A stretch of 64,000 nucleotides of DNA from Spirochaetia bacterium. Lineage in GTDB: Bacteria; Spirochaetota; Spirochaetia; DSM-2461. The translations under genes were made by a program, and so were the position numbers. Positions within the stretch are counted from its first letter, which is position 1. Every line of letters starts with the position of its first letter. The notes beneath the pieces were generated by a model. That model made no database searches. It was given only the letters and a program-made list of their open reading frames with translations, and had not been told where the DNA came from. Shown piece after piece: positions 32,821 through 44,354 of the stretch. The stretch is taken from assembly GCA_963668315.1 (NCBI GenBank), contig OY764216.1, positions 1,920,001 through 1,984,000 on the forward strand. Direction: 5' to 3'.

Positions 32821-34839
32821 ATGAATAGAAAATACCTTCCTTTTTTTCTGCCCCTGATGGCAGGCCTATCATTTATTATCCTTCCCCTCTACGGTCAGGA
32901 GGAACTGGTCCGCTCCGCCGCGGAGGAGTTTTACTTCCGCTCCTTTGAGGAGAGCGGGGGAGAAGAGCTTTTACTGATTTCCGCGGAAGAGATGGTCTAT
33001 CCCTGGTCCGGTCTGGCCCTGATGGAGTTGTCCCATTCCTATCTGGAAAGGCCCGTGCCCCCTTCTCTGGGAAAGATCTACCGGCTGTGGAAAAAATATG
33101 TCGGCCGTTACGGTTATGACGATTATTCCGAGGGCATACGGGAAAAGGTCAGTCTCCTTTCCGATCATGATCCGGAACGTTCTCCCCTGGTCAAACCGGG
33201 AACGGGCAAGGCATTTTACACCAGCCTTTATCATTATGCTCAGGGGGACGGCGAGGACCCGTCTCCCCTCTATGAGTACCTGGATGAAGTTACCGACGGG
33301 GAAGAGCTCTCCTTTGTCCTATACTATCTCGGCAGCCGGGGTATTATGGCGGATCTTCCCCGGCCTTTTACTGAATGGCTCACCCTGAAACTTCTGGTGC
33401 AGGAGGGGGAGTACCGATTGGCGGCTGACAGGGCTGCCGAACTGGAAACCTACCCCTTTCTGGGAGAGTATGCCGGCTATTACCGTGATCTCTGGCATGT
33501 CGTTCTTACCCACCGGGACAGGGAAAGAATCCTCGAAGACTGGTACGGCAGGAGAGACTCGCTCCGGGGGGAGGCCAGGTGGTCTCTTCTTTTCCATTCC
33601 GCCCTCTGCCGCAGAAGCATGCAGCACTATTATACAAGCGGGACATTACTGACCGAAGCGCTTGACTGGGCCGTCTCTTCCTCTGATTACGACAGAACTC
33701 TCTGGTACTGGCTGGACGTGCTGGATAAAAGGGGAGAGAACCTTGCCGCAGCTCTGGGAGAGAAAGCCTTTCTCTGGCATGACTCTGTCTTTTTTGATGA
33801 TCTTGTGGACAGGGCGGCATCGGACAGTGTCTATATGGGACGATGGAGAGACCTTCTTTCCCTGGAGGAAGCCCTTGGGCAGTGGGGCTCCGGTGAGAGC
33901 CGGGACCGTCTCGGCTGGATCGTTGCCATGGGCGGCAGGGAGGGATTCCTTTCCTTGTCCGAAGAGGATATAAGCAGCCGGCTGGAAAAAATCGCCGAAA
34001 GAAACCTGGGATCTCTCTACACTCTGATGGCCCAGTATCAGACCGGAGGGAAAATCCGCTATTATCATAGTCTTGATGAGGCGGGCTACCGCGAGGTCTC
34101 CCGGTATGAACCCTTGTTAAGCGTCGTCTTTACGGGACTTGTCGCCAGAGACAATATACAGGGTGCCCGGCTCTGGTATGAACGATACGCATCGAGACTC
34201 TCCTGGGACAGCCGGAGAAAATACGCCTATCTTCTCAGGAGAAACGGGGACAGTCTGGGAAGTATCCGTGTCATAGGCAGTCTGAGCCGCAGTACCGGCT
34301 ATCTCTCTTCCCGGGAGGATCTGAACCTGCTTTACCCCCTTGAATACGCCGGTTCCCTTGAATACTGGTGCCGCGAATACGATCTTTCCCTTCCCTTTTT
34401 TCAGGCCCTTGTCAAGACAGAAAGCGGTTATGACAAGGATATCGTGAGTTATGCCGGCGCTGTGGGCTTGAGTCAGCTGATGCCGGCCACGGCGGAGGAG
34501 AGAATGGAGCTCATGGGGCTCCAGGGGGCAAGTCTGACCGAACCGGATATCAATATCGCCCTGGGAACCGGCTATATGAGATGGCTCTATGACAGGGAAT
34601 ATATCGGTTCCTCCGTTCAGGCAGCCGCCGCCTATAACGGCGGTCCGGGCTCGGTCAGAAAGTGGAACAGAGCCATGGCCGGTTATCCCATGATTCTGTA
34701 CATGGAGGGTATTCCTTTCACTCAGACGAGGGATTACGTGAAGTCCCTTGTTCAGGGAGCTCTGGTGTACTGTTTTCTCTATGAAGACATACCTCAGGAG
34801 CGGATATTGACGGATCTTCTTCCCGAACTGGCGGAATAG
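32821..34839 (+). CDS. Soluble lytic murein transglycosylase (SLT domain)
   Basis: Catalytic ES (VKTESGY), GAVGLSQLMP, AAYNGG and QTRDYV; signal peptide and helical N-terminal region. Confidence 0.88.
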   Translation: MNRKYLPFFLPLMAGLSFIILPLYGQEELVRSAAEEFYFRSFEESGGEELLLISAEEMVYPWSGLALMELSHSYLERPVPPSLGKIYRLWKKYVGRYGYDDYSEGIREKVSLLSDHDPERSPLVKPGTGKAFYTSLYHYAQGDGEDPSPLYEYLDEVTDGEELSFVLYYLGSRGIMADLPRPFTEWLTLKLLVQEGEYRLAADRAAELETYPFLGEYAGYYRDLWHVVLTHRDRERILEDWYGRRDSLRGEARWSLLFHSALCRRSMQHYYTSGTLLTEALDWAVSSSDYDRTLWYWLDVLDKRGENLAAALGEKAFLWHDSVFFDDLVDRAASDSVYMGRWRDLLSLEEALGQWGSGESRDRLGWIVAMGGREGFLSLSEEDISSRLEKIAERNLGSLYTLMAQYQTGGKIRYYHSLDEAGYREVSRYEPLLSVVFTGLVARDNIQGARLWYERYASRLSWDSRRKYAYLLRRNGDSLGSIRVIGSLSRSTGYLSSREDLNLLYPLEYAGSLEYWCREYDLSLPFFQALVKTESGYDKDIVSYAGAVGLSQLMPATAEERMELMGLQGASLTEPDINIALGTGYMRWLYDREYIGSSVQAAAAYNGGPGSVRKWNRAMAGYPMILYMEGIPFTQTRDYVKSLVQGALVYCFLYEDIPQERILTDLLPELAE

Positions 34840-34919
34840 GGGGAAAATATAATTCATCTCATATAATTTTTATACAAACTGGGGTATATTACAAACACCA
34901 ATTAATTTGAGGAGCAACA

Positions 34920-35717
34920 ATGACATATCTGCAGGGAATTATACTGGGCATTATTCAGGGTATAGCCGAATTCCTACCTATTTCCAGTTCGGGCCATCTT
35001 ATGGTGCTTCGGGAAGTCATGGGACTGGGAGACGTTCCCACCCTTTTTGATATACTTTTACATATCGCCACCCTTATTGTGGTTATCTATATGTATCGCA
35101 GCAGAGTGAGCCGTCTGATAATTGTTCTCATCCGTTTTCTGGGAAGAAAGACCACCGGAGAGGACAGTGCCGACCTGCGGATGATCCTTTTTGTCCTTCT
35201 CTCCACCTTTGTGACGGGCATCATGGGAATCAGCTTTGAAAAGCTGGGTGTCATAGATAATATGACGGTTACGTCCCTGGCATTTCTCGGAACGGGCATA
35301 CTGCTTCTCTCCACTCTTTTTGTCAAACCTCAAAGGGGATACGATAAATTGAAAGGGAGTGATTCTCTTCTCATCGGATTTGCCCAGGGCATCGGAACAA
35401 TCCCCGGAGTCTCCCGTTCCGGCAGCACCATATCCGCTGCCATGCTGGGAGGTGTGGACAGGGAAACCGCAGGGGAGTACTCCTTTATCATCTCCATACC
35501 CGCCATTCTGGGCGCTCTCGTTCTGGATATGGGCGATGCGGGCAGTCTCATGTCCCAGATCCCTTTGGGGGTAATGATAACGGCTTTTCTAGTGACCGTG
35601 GTTTCCGGGTATTTCGCGCTCTCTCTTCTTCTGAAGCTTCTTCAGAAAGGGACATTCTATTTCTTCAGTTTTTATCTGATTCCTCTGGGACTGTTCTCAT
35701 TTTTCTTTCTTCGGTAG
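34920..35717 (+). CDS. uppP: Undecaprenyl-diphosphate phosphatase
   Basis: QGIAEFLPISSSGHL and PGVSRSGSTI motifs. Confidence 0.95.
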   Translation: MTYLQGIILGIIQGIAEFLPISSSGHLMVLREVMGLGDVPTLFDILLHIATLIVVIYMYRSRVSRLIIVLIRFLGRKTTGEDSADLRMILFVLLSTFVTGIMGISFEKLGVIDNMTVTSLAFLGTGILLLSTLFVKPQRGYDKLKGSDSLLIGFAQGIGTIPGVSRSGSTISAAMLGGVDRETAGEYSFIISIPAILGALVLDMGDAGSLMSQIPLGVMITAFLVTVVSGYFALSLLLKLLQKGTFYFFSFYLIPLGLFSFFFLR

Positions 35718-35724
35718 AGTCAGA

Positions 35725-36693
35725 TTATAGGGCAGCCATGATCGGGGAGAACCGGCGCTTCAGTTCTTCCCTGAAATCATTGATGCTGCCGTCAAAGGTA
35801 CAGCCCGAAGCCTTGGGGTGGCCGCCTCCCCCGTATTCACGGGCGATTTCCCCCACATTGATATCGCAGGAGGATCGGAAACTGACGGACAGTTCTCCGG
35901 GACGGCTTTCCTTGGCCAGGGCAATGACCAGGGCACCCTTCACACTCTGAAGCTGTTTGTAAAGGGTGCCTGAGTCCCGCTCGGATTCTCCGTATTCAAT
36001 GAAATCTTCCTTTCTTTCCCAGGTAAAAAGAAGCCTGCCGTCGAAAAGGGATTCCGTTCTGTTAAGGATTTTGCCCAGATGCTTCTGAGAGATGAGGCTG
36101 CGGCCCGAATAGATACGCCGGTGAAACTCGGTAGGGGAGATACCCCTTTTCATGAGCCGGTGGATCTTCAGGAATACCCCGTCGTGGATATGCTCTATAT
36201 GGCGGAAATAGTCCGTATCGGTACAGAATCCGAAGAAAATATAGTCAGCCTCTTCCCCGGTCATATCAAGGGGAGAAGCTTCGATAATATCCTGAATCAG
36301 CAGGGTGGTGGAGGGAGAGTCCGGATCTACATAGCGGTAATTTCCGCCTCCCTCACCCGAAGCGTGATGGTCGACTACGATCAGGGGAAAATGGGAATAG
36401 GGCGATAGATCAAGCCCCGTTCTCTCCACAGAGGAGCAGTCCAGAAGGACAAGAGCCGTGCTTCCTTCATCCAGTCTTTCCGGGCGGGGAAGCCTGTCGG
36501 TAAATTCTACTGCCCATTCGGCAATTTCCGGTCTTCTGAAAGGTCCGTGGGAGATAAGGCGCACCTGTTTGCCCTGCCGTTTCAGAAAAGAGGAAAGGGC
36601 CAGCTGAGACCCGAGGCAATCGCCGTCGGGATCTTCATGGCCCAGAATGAGAAAACTTTCGTACCGTAAGAATGCTTCCTGTACTTCCTTCAA
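35725..36693 (-). CDS. nrnA: DHH/DHHA1 phosphoesterase (oligoribonuclease/pAp phosphatase)
   Basis: GHEDPDGD, LDC, VDHH, TDT and GGGGHPKASG. Confidence 0.88.
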   Translation of the reverse strand: MKEVQEAFLRYESFLILGHEDPDGDCLGSQLALSSFLKRQGKQVRLISHGPFRRPEIAEWAVEFTDRLPRPERLDEGSTALVLLDCSSVERTGLDLSPYSHFPLIVVDHHASGEGGGNYRYVDPDSPSTTLLIQDIIEASPLDMTGEEADYIFFGFCTDTDYFRHIEHIHDGVFLKIHRLMKRGISPTEFHRRIYSGRSLISQKHLGKILNRTESLFDGRLLFTWERKEDFIEYGESERDSGTLYKQLQSVKGALVIALAKESRPGELSVSFRSSCDINVGEIAREYGGGGHPKASGCTFDGSINDFREELKRRFSPIMAAL

Positions 36694-36699
36694 GAAATA

Positions 36700-37137
36700 T
36701 CAGTAATTCAGGCGGAAGTCATCGAAGGAAACGGCGAACTGCTCGGAATAATCCTTTGTTCTGTCCAGCGTTCCCCAGGAGGTATGGAATTGATTGTCTA
36801 TCAGATACAACCTGACGTGATCAATTTTCCCGTCTTTATAGTAAGCCGTTAAATAGGGGTACTGAGGACCTTCTCCCCATACAATCTGGGCAGGTCCGGT
36901 ATTCCCTTTCTGGAACCAGTCCATGGGCATGTAGACGGCGAAAAGATCTCCGTTAGGCTGGTAGTATTCTACTCTGTATCCATCGGGATGGGGAGATACG
37001 CGGTAAATCATGAGGTTAACTGAGTAGTAGTCAGACTCCAGATCAGTCCCTTTCCAACTGTCGACTGCATCCTGAGCAGCAAGAGTAAAGGGTATGATCA
37101 AGCCCAACAGGCTTATAATTATGATAGCTCTCTTCAC
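36700..37137 (-). CDS. Exported hypothetical protein
   Basis: GTG start after GGAGG; signal peptide ending TLAAQ. Confidence 0.7.
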   Translation of the reverse strand: MKRAIIIISLLGLIIPFTLAAQDAVDSWKGTDLESDYYSVNLMIYRVSPHPDGYRVEYYQPNGDLFAVYMPMDWFQKGNTGPAQIVWGEGPQYPYLTAYYKDGKIDHVRLYLIDNQFHTSWGTLDRTKDYSEQFAVSFDDFRLNY

Positions 37138-37211
37138 TTGAAGGCCTCCCTAAGGCAATGAATAACTAAATTGATTATCCAATATATTCTCTCTAATTTC
37201 AAGAAGAAAAT

Positions 37212-39656
37212 TTATTTTGTTCGCGCAAAATCCGGAAAGAGAAAGGCCAGAGCTTCTTCAACGGAATGGAAAAAATGAAAGGACATTATTTCTTTGACCT
37301 CGTCGGGAAGCTCTTCCGCATCTTTGCGGTTTTCTTCGGGAAGGAGAACATTGGTGAATCCGTTTCGATGGGCCGCCAGTACTTTTTCCTTGACTCCTCC
37401 GATGGGAAGCAGCCTGTCCGTCAGAGTTATTTCTCCCGTCATGGCCGTATTTTCCCTAATGGGGGCTCCGGTGGCAGCCGAGAAAAGGGCCGATGTCATG
37501 GTTATACCGGCCGAGGGTCCGTCCTTAGGGATGGCTCCTTCGGGGACATGGATATGGATATCCTTTTCCTTGTGGAAATTGGGGTCAATGCCGAATTTCT
37601 CTCCGTTAGCCCGCAGGTATGAGAGGGCTATCTGGGCGCTCTCTTTCATCACGTCGCCCAGTTTTCCCGTCAGCATCAGTTTTCCATCTCCCGGCAGGAG
37701 AGCCACTTCCACGGGCAGGACCCGCCCGCCGACCTCCGTCCAGGCAAGGCCGATGGAGATTCCCGGTTTCTTATTGCTCTTCAGGTCGGACTCATGAAAA
37801 ATCGGCTGTCCGAGATAATCGCGCAGCTCCTCTTCCTTCACGACACAGTTCAATTCATCAAGGTTGATTATTCCTTCCCGTTCCAGTCTGGTCATAACCG
37901 TGGGCGTATCATGGTTTTCATCGTTCTTCAGAACAAAACGCCCCGGCTTCGTCTGGTATTGATGCATGGAACTGCGCAGAATTTTCCTTATCACTTTGGC
38001 GATCTGTTTATCCAGATTGCGGACTCCCGCTTCCATTGTGTAAGAGGCGATAATGGTTTTCAGGGCATCCTCGGAGAACACAATTTCCGTACCCTTGAGT
38101 CCATGGGCTTTCAGCTGTTTGGGAATTATGAATTCCCTGGCTATATTGTACTTCTCAATATCGGTATATCCGGAGATTTCAATGATTTCCATACGGTCCA
38201 GCAGGGGACGGGGAATATTGTGAAGAGAGTTGGCCGTCGTTATGAACATGACATGGGAGAGGTCGTATGGTACTTCCAGGTAATGGTCGCCGAAAGTGCT
38301 GTTCTGCTCGGGATCGAGCACTTCCAGAAGAGCCGCCGCCGGGTCTCCCCTGAAATCATTGGACATCTTGTCAATTTCATCGAGCAGAAAAACGGGATTG
38401 GAGGTGGAAGCCTTTCTCAGGGACTGGATGATTTTTCCGGGAAGGGCGCCCACATAGGTCTTCCGGTGTCCTCTTATTTCCGCTTCATCACGGACTCCGC
38501 CCAGGGAAATCCGTACAAACTCCCTGTTGAGAGCTCTGGCAACGGAACGGCCCAGGGATGTCTTTCCCGTACCGGGAGGGCCGACAAAACAGAGGATGGG
38601 ACTCTTGGAGTATTCATTCATCTGCCTTACGGCGACAAAATCTATAATCCGCTCCTTGGCTTTCTTTAAATCGTAATGATCCTGGTCAAGAATCATCGTT
38701 GTTTCGGCAAGATTGTTTCGGTCCCGGGAGTAGCTGTTCCAGGGAAGATCGACGATCCATTCCAGATAGGTTCTCAGGACTCCCGATTCGGGAGACATGG
38801 GCTGCAGTTTGGCCAGCCGCTTCAACTCCCTCTCCGCTTTGCTTTTTACTTCGCCGGGAAGGGGTTTCGAAGCGAGAGCTTTTTCCAGATCCTTAAGATC
38901 GTTTCCCTCGTCCCCTTCAGTGCCCAGTTCTCTGTTGATCTCTTTGAGCTGTTCGTTGAGGAAATACTCTTTCTGGGTCCTTTCCATTTTCTTCCGGACC
39001 CGGGAATCGATATTTTTCTTAAGAGAAAGAAGCTCTTTTTCCATTTCTATGGCGGTATTGAGCTCTTTCATCACTTCGGTGACATTGCCGTTCTGCAGGT
39101 ATCCCGCCTTCTGGGCGGGTGAGAGATTGAGGGAGGAACAGATATGACCTATCAGTTTGCCCGGCGTATCGGCTTTTTCCACATGGGAAAGGACTTCCTT
39201 GGGGATCTTCCTTTTCGTTGAGGCGAACCCGTTAAAGGACTCCTTGAGGCTCTGCATCTGGAGAGCCATGGCAGTATTGCTGCTTTCCGAGGGGAAATCC
39301 AGTTCCTGGATCCGTGCCGTAAGTACGTCGTTCTTCTGAATTACGGCACTGATCTCGGCCCGGGACCGTCCTTCCACGAGCACCCGCATCTTTCCGTCGG
39401 GCAGCTTCAGTACTTGAAGAACATGGCAGAGCGTTCCGATTGTAAAAAGGGAACCGAGACCCGGGTTATCCCCCTCATCCTTCTGGAGAGTCACTATTAT
39501 GTCGCGTTCCTTTTTCAGAGCGTAATCAAGAGCGTCGAGTGAAGATTTCTGAGAAAGGAAGAAAGGAATGACAGTAAAGGGAAAAACCACCAGATCCTTC
39601 ATGGGGATCAGGGGAATTTCCCTTTTGGGGCTACGCTGTAATCTGCCTAGTTTCAT
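37212..39656 (-). CDS. lon: ATP-dependent Lon protease
   Basis: [34 protein letters not shown] and PIGGVKEK. Confidence 0.97.
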   Translation of the reverse strand: MKLGRLQRSPKREIPLIPMKDLVVFPFTVIPFFLSQKSSLDALDYALKKERDIIVTLQKDEGDNPGLGSLFTIGTLCHVLQVLKLPDGKMRVLVEGRSRAEISAVIQKNDVLTARIQELDFPSESSNTAMALQMQSLKESFNGFASTKRKIPKEVLSHVEKADTPGKLIGHICSSLNLSPAQKAGYLQNGNVTEVMKELNTAIEMEKELLSLKKNIDSRVRKKMERTQKEYFLNEQLKEINRELGTEGDEGNDLKDLEKALASKPLPGEVKSKAERELKRLAKLQPMSPESGVLRTYLEWIVDLPWNSYSRDRNNLAETTMILDQDHYDLKKAKERIIDFVAVRQMNEYSKSPILCFVGPPGTGKTSLGRSVARALNREFVRISLGGVRDEAEIRGHRKTYVGALPGKIIQSLRKASTSNPVFLLDEIDKMSNDFRGDPAAALLEVLDPEQNSTFGDHYLEVPYDLSHVMFITTANSLHNIPRPLLDRMEIIEISGYTDIEKYNIAREFIIPKQLKAHGLKGTEIVFSEDALKTIIASYTMEAGVRNLDKQIAKVIRKILRSSMHQYQTKPGRFVLKNDENHDTPTVMTRLEREGIINLDELNCVVKEEELRDYLGQPIFHESDLKSNKKPGISIGLAWTEVGGRVLPVEVALLPGDGKLMLTGKLGDVMKESAQIALSYLRANGEKFGIDPNFHKEKDIHIHVPEGAIPKDGPSAGITMTSALFSAATGAPIRENTAMTGEITLTDRLLPIGGVKEKVLAAHRNGFTNVLLPEENRKDAEELPDEVKEIMSFHFFHSVEEALAFLFPDFARTK

Positions 39657-40929
39657 CTAGTTTATCATCATCGGATTTCAGGAACTTCTCCGGGTCGGTT
39701 ATGATGACGGGTTCCTTGTCTTCTGCTATGACTTCCCGGGTAATTATAACCTGTTTGGCGCCCTGGATAGACGGAAGATCGTACATGATATCCATCATGG
39801 AAGCCTCCACAATGGAGCGCAGTCCTCTGGCACCGGTTTTTCTCTCGATGGCCTTCTCTGCAATAGCCTCAATGGCGGCTTCTTCGAAGCGCAGATCAAC
39901 ATCATCAAGACTCAGGGAAGCCTTATACTGACGAAGAATGGAATTTTTGGGTTCCGTTATGATTCTCTTCAGGTCTTCCTTTTTCAGGTTATTCAGGGAG
40001 ACATTTATGGGAAGACGGCCGATAAACTCGGGAATAAGACCGAATTTGATTAAATCGTCCGGCTGAAGATGATCGAATACCTCGGAAAGATCCTTGTCTT
40101 CCAGGTTTCTTACGTCCGCACCGAATCCCATGGAGTGTTCGGAAATACGCTGCTCAATAATCTTCTCCAGGCCGACAAAAGCGCCGCCGCAGATAATGAG
40201 AATATTGGACGTATCTATTTTCAGCATCTCCTGATTGGGGTGTTTTCTTCCGCCCTGGGGAGGTACGGAAGAGACAGTTCCTTCAATGATTTTCAAGAGA
40301 GCCTGCTGAACGCCTTCTCCCGAAACATCACGGGTAATGGAGACATTTTCTCCCTTGCGGGATATTTTATCAATTTCGTCTATGTAGATGATTCCCCTCT
40401 CGGCCGCGGCGATATTATTATCTGCCGCCTGGATGAGCTTCAGGAGAATATTTTCCACGTCTTCGCCCACATAACCGGCTTCGGTAAGTGTGGTCGCGTC
40501 GGCAATGGCGAAGGGTACTTTCAGTTTACGGGCCAGTGTCCGGGCCAGGTGGGTTTTTCCCGTACCGGTAGGTCCTATAAGAAGAACATTGGACTTTTCC
40601 AGTTCAACATCTTCCTTGTTGAGCTTGCTTTTCTGGTTGATCCGCTTGTAGTGGTTGTAGACGGCAACGGAAAGGGCCTTTTTCGCCTGATCCTGTCCAA
40701 TGACATAGTCATCCAGATAAGCCTTGATATCATGGGGCGTGGGCAGCTCTTCAACAAACTCATGGGGAGTCTCGACTTCGTCGGTCTCGTCCATGAGAAT
40801 GCGGTTACAGACTTCCACGCATTCATCGCAGATATAAACGCCGATACCGGCTATAAGTTTTTTTACTTTGTCGGAAGATCTTCCGCAAAAGGAACAAACC
40901 TTGGTTTCTTTTCCTTTACTTCGGGCCAT
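39631..40929 (-). CDS. clpX: Clp protease ATP-binding subunit
   Basis: C4 zinc finger CSFC...[22 protein letters not shown] and [10 protein letters not shown]. Confidence 0.98.
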   Translation of the reverse strand: MARSKGKETKVCSFCGRSSDKVKKLIAGIGVYICDECVEVCNRILMDETDEVETPHEFVEELPTPHDIKAYLDDYVIGQDQAKKALSVAVYNHYKRINQKSKLNKEDVELEKSNVLLIGPTGTGKTHLARTLARKLKVPFAIADATTLTEAGYVGEDVENILLKLIQAADNNIAAAERGIIYIDEIDKISRKGENVSITRDVSGEGVQQALLKIIEGTVSSVPPQGGRKHPNQEMLKIDTSNILIICGGAFVGLEKIIEQRISEHSMGFGADVRNLEDKDLSEVFDHLQPDDLIKFGLIPEFIGRLPINVSLNNLKKEDLKRIITEPKNSILRQYKASLSLDDVDLRFEEAAIEAIAEKAIERKTGARGLRSIVEASMMDIMYDLPSIQGAKQVIITREVIAEDKEPVIITDPEKFLKSDDDKLDETRQITA

Positions 40930-40930
40930 A

Positions 40931-41530
40931 TTAACCCTCCCTTGTCAGAATCTTGTCGACTATGCGGTATTCCACAGCTTCCGATGCGGACATGAAAAAG
41001 TCGCGTTCCATGTCATCGGCAATTTTTGATTCGTCATGGCCGGTATTATTGGCAAAATAGCCTATGAGCATTTTCTTGAGTCTGATGATTTCTCTGGCCT
41101 GTATGCCGATATCCCGGGCCTGGCCCTGAACGCCTCCCCAGGGCTGGTGAATCATCACCCGCGAAGAGGGGAGGGCAAGCCTTTTACCGGGCGCACCGCC
41201 TGCGAGCAGAACGGCGCCCATGGACGCCGCCTGGCCCATGCAGATTGTCTGCACGTCAGGTTTGATATACTGCATGGTATCGTAGATAGCCAGACCGGCC
41301 GTAACCGATCCGCCGGGGGAGTTTATGTACAGGTTTATGTCCTTGCCCGGATCCTGTGATTCCAGGAAGAGAAGCTGTGCCACGACCAGGTCGGCAGAAA
41401 CGTCGTTGACTTCCCCGTCCAGGAAAATGATCCTGTCCTTGAGCAGGCGGGAGAAAATATCATAAGCACGTTCCCCGATGCTGGTCTGTTCGACAACGGT
41501 AGGCACAAGATTGCTGTTACGAAAATCCAT
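40931..41530 (-). CDS. clpP: Clp protease proteolytic subunit
   Basis: [26 protein letters not shown] and MIHQP. Confidence 0.98.
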   Translation of the reverse strand: MDFRNSNLVPTVVEQTSIGERAYDIFSRLLKDRIIFLDGEVNDVSADLVVAQLLFLESQDPGKDINLYINSPGGSVTAGLAIYDTMQYIKPDVQTICMGQAASMGAVLLAGGAPGKRLALPSSRVMIHQPWGGVQGQARDIGIQAREIIRLKKMLIGYFANNTGHDESKIADDMERDFFMSASEAVEYRIVDKILTREG

Positions 41531-41613
41531 TTATTACCTCATATGGTACGTTTCGGCTCTTACCAAACGTACGGTTACTTAAGTGTGGCTTGGCACAGCC
41601 AAACGCACGTCTA

Positions 41614-42963
41614 TTAGTTTATAAAGTCATCAAAGTCGATTTTCTCGCCTTTGGTAACTTTAGCTTTCTCAATCAGCAGATCGATGAGCTTTGTTCGGCT
41701 GATCTCACTCTTAAGATAATCAATCATACCGTTCTGAGTAAAGGTATTTTTTATATCTTCCAAGCTCATGCTGTACATTTTAGCCTGTTTTTCCAGTTCC
41801 TCGTCCACATCCTTGTCGGAAACTTCGATAGTCTCCTTATCAAGAATATAACCCAGGATAAGCTGATTTCTCAAGTTTTTTTCCGAATCTTCACGCCAAT
41901 CGTTCAGCATATCGTCTTTTGTGCGGCCCTGAGCGGTCAGAATGGGCAGAATCTGTTCTTCGGGCATACCGAACTGCTGGAGAAAATTACGCCAGTTGTT
42001 TTCCAGTTCCTGTTTTACCATAGACTCGGGAATGTCGAAAGTCGCGGTTTCACGGAGTTTTTCGAGAAGCTGTTCGGTCATTCTGTTTTTGGAGATTCCC
42101 TCAACCCTGTCTTCCAGCTGTTTTTTGGTCGCATTGCGCAGATCTTCAAGGGTTTTGTAATCTTCAGAGACGTCCTGGGCAAAGTCGTCATCCAGTTCGG
42201 GAAGAATACGCTCTTTAACAGCGGTGATCTTCACCTTTATCAGTTTTTTCTGACCGGCCAGTTCGGAAATTTCGAAATCTTCGGGATAATCCTTTTCGAT
42301 GGTTTTCTCGCCGCCGACTTTCATTCCCTTGATTTCTTCGTCAATTTTATAGTAGTTCTGTCCGGTTCCCTGGGTAAAGACGAAGTCTTCCCGGGCGGTA
42401 CCTTCGATTTCATTGCCCTCAGCGTCAACTTCTGCATAGCTCATGGTGACGATGTTGTCTTTGGCAATGGTCTTGCTGGCCTTGTCCTGGACAATGGCAT
42501 TCTGCTCGCGGAGTTTTTCCAGCTCGGCGGTTTCGTGCTTCTTCAGGATCTTGACCTGGGGCTCCTCTACTTCAATGCCGTCCCATTTTTCCAGATTGAT
42601 AGTGGGGAATACATCATAAACAACTTCGAAGCAGAAATCCTCACCGGCCTTCATTTCCGGTTCACCCTGAAGGGCGGGAGCGTCGTAGCCCAGGGGCTGA
42701 TCTTCCTTTTCCAGATCTCCGATGGCTTCCTTGAAAGCGTTGTCGATAAGCTGGCCGGAAGCTTCCTGCATAATACCTTCACCATACTTTTTCTCGATGA
42801 CGGAGACAGGTACTTTACCTTTTCGGAAGCCTTTGATCTGAATTTCCTTGCTGTACTTGGACAGAAGATCCTTATAAGCTTTGGAGGTTTCCTCTCCGTT
42901 TACAGTGACAGTCAGTTTTACCGATGAGTTTTCCTGTTTCTCAACTTTTTTTTCGGCAATCAT
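41614..42963 (-). CDS. tig: Trigger factor
   Basis: Ribosome-binding motif GFRKGKVP, LPELDDDFA and position upstream of clpP. Confidence 0.96.
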   Translation of the reverse strand: MIAEKKVEKQENSSVKLTVTVNGEETSKAYKDLLSKYSKEIQIKGFRKGKVPVSVIEKKYGEGIMQEASGQLIDNAFKEAIGDLEKEDQPLGYDAPALQGEPEMKAGEDFCFEVVYDVFPTINLEKWDGIEVEEPQVKILKKHETAELEKLREQNAIVQDKASKTIAKDNIVTMSYAEVDAEGNEIEGTAREDFVFTQGTGQNYYKIDEEIKGMKVGGEKTIEKDYPEDFEISELAGQKKLIKVKITAVKERILPELDDDFAQDVSEDYKTLEDLRNATKKQLEDRVEGISKNRMTEQLLEKLRETATFDIPESMVKQELENNWRNFLQQFGMPEEQILPILTAQGRTKDDMLNDWREDSEKNLRNQLILGYILDKETIEVSDKDVDEELEKQAKMYSMSLEDIKNTFTQNGMIDYLKSEISRTKLIDLLIEKAKVTKGEKIDFDDFIN

Positions 42964-43021
42964 CCCAATATCCTCTCTTTCCTTTTATAAGGTTATTCTC
43001 TTGGATTGAATAACATATATG

Positions 43022-43054
43022 AAAAAAAAGCGACCCATCATACAACGGGTCGCT
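43022..43054 (-). terminator. Intrinsic terminator after tRNA-Leu
   Basis: AGCGACCC...GGGTCGCT stem with an A run on its left (U-tract on the minus strand). Confidence 0.7.
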
Positions 43055-43074
43055 ATTGTTTCTTAAAAAATCTT

Positions 43075-43155
43075 TGCGAGAGAAGGGACTTGAACCCTTA
43101 CGCCATAGGCACTGGTTCCTAAGACCAGCGTGTCTACCAATTCCACCACTCTCGC
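43075..43155 (-). tRNA. tRNA-Leu (TAG)
   Basis: Reverse complement GCGAGAGTGGTGGAATTGGTAGACACG-CTGGT-CT-TAG-GA-ACCAG...GTTCAAGTCCC...CTCGCA, with a long variable arm. Confidence 0.95.
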
Positions 43156-43216
43156 CGGTATACTCGTTTAATTAAAAGGACATGGGTAAAAGCTGTCGCT
43201 ATTACCCATGTCCTTT

Positions 43217-43289
43217 TGAGCCGTGAAGGGATCGAACCTTCGACCCACAGATTAAGAGTCTGTTGCTCTGCCAGCTGAGCTAACGGCCC
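43217..43289 (-). tRNA. tRNA-Lys (CTT)
   Basis: Reverse complement GGGCCGTTAGCTCAGCTGGCAGAGCA-ACAGA-CT-CTT-AA-TCTGT...GTTCGATCC. Confidence 0.96.
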
Positions 43290-43330
43290 ATGAAAAAAAT
43301 ATACTACAGTAGATGCGGTGCACCTGTCAA

Positions 43331-43404
<74 letters not shown>

Positions 43405-43412
43405 TCCCGCAA

Positions 43413-43488
43413 GGGGTGAATGACGGGACTCGAACCCGCGACAATCAGAACCACAATCTGACGCTCTACCAACTGAACTACATTCACC
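43413..43488 (-). tRNA. tRNA-His (GTG)
   Basis: Reverse complement GGTGAATGTAGTTCAGTTGGTAGAGCG-TCAGA-TT-GTG-GT-TCTGA...GTTCGAGTCCC, with the G-1 encoded. Confidence 0.95.
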
Positions 43489-43500
43489 GCGCGCTGGATG

Positions 43501-43529
43501 ATATTATTAGAAATCGTTTTTTTTGTCAA
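43501..43529 (-). promoter_or_regulatory. Sigma-70 promoter of the tRNA cluster
   Basis: Minus strand TTGACA, 17 bp, TAATAT just upstream of tRNA-His. Confidence 0.7.
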
Positions 43530-43604
43530 TAAATATATCTGAATATTTTGACTTTTTTTAAATCACCCCCTGTCCGGCCTTTTTCTCCCGATTTTCCGAC
43601 CGGA

Positions 43605-44096
43605 TCATTCCGGGTAGACGAGCCGGCTTTTATCGGCTTTGTTCAATACTTCTCCCAGGAATTTGTCACTTTCGAATTTGGCCATGGGAAGGTCCATGGA
43701 AAGATAGTGTCCGCACTCCACGGCCGAGGCTCCCGGGATCTTTCCTTCGAAGTCCGCCATGAATCGGTACATCTCTTTTAAAAGATCCACAATCTCGCTT
43801 GATTCAAGATCTCCCTTAAGGAGGAGGTAGAAACCTGTCTGGCAGCCCATGGGACCGAAATAGATGGTTTTATCAGCCCAGGTGGGATGGTTTCTCAGGA
43901 AGGTGGCGCCTAGATGCTCGATGGCATGCATGATGGCGCAGTCCATCACCGGTTCCCTGTTGGGTCTTTTCATCCTTATATCAAAGGTGGTTACTGTTTC
44001 CGATCCCACTTCGTCTTTTCTAGAGACATAAACGCCTCTTCTCAGTTTATTATGATCGACGGAAAAACTTGCGATCCGTTCCATATTATCCGACAT
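43605..44096 (-). CDS. luxS: S-ribosylhomocysteine lyase (AI-2 synthase)
   Basis: SFSVDH, HAIEH, GPMGCQTGFY and IPGASAVECG; AGGAGG SD. Confidence 0.96.
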   Translation of the reverse strand: MSDNMERIASFSVDHNKLRRGVYVSRKDEVGSETVTTFDIRMKRPNREPVMDCAIMHAIEHLGATFLRNHPTWADKTIYFGPMGCQTGFYLLLKGDLESSEIVDLLKEMYRFMADFEGKIPGASAVECGHYLSMDLPMAKFESDKFLGEVLNKADKSRLVYPE

Positions 44097-44354
44097 GTTT
44101 TTTTCCTCCTGCCTATGGATATTAAGTATACCAATTCGAAAGAAAAAATCAAATAAGAAATGGTATGTTCTCTCCCGGGGAACATCAAAGGGTAAACGTG
44201 ATAATGCTGATAGGAGATGAGGTCCAGGGAGAATGAAAAATCCCGGCCGAAAGACTTATCGTTAGAATACTAAAAAAAGAATGATGTGATAATAGGAGGT
44301 GTGTGAGGTGAATATCCTCTGTATCCGGAAAATATGGGCTGAGATACGTCAATG

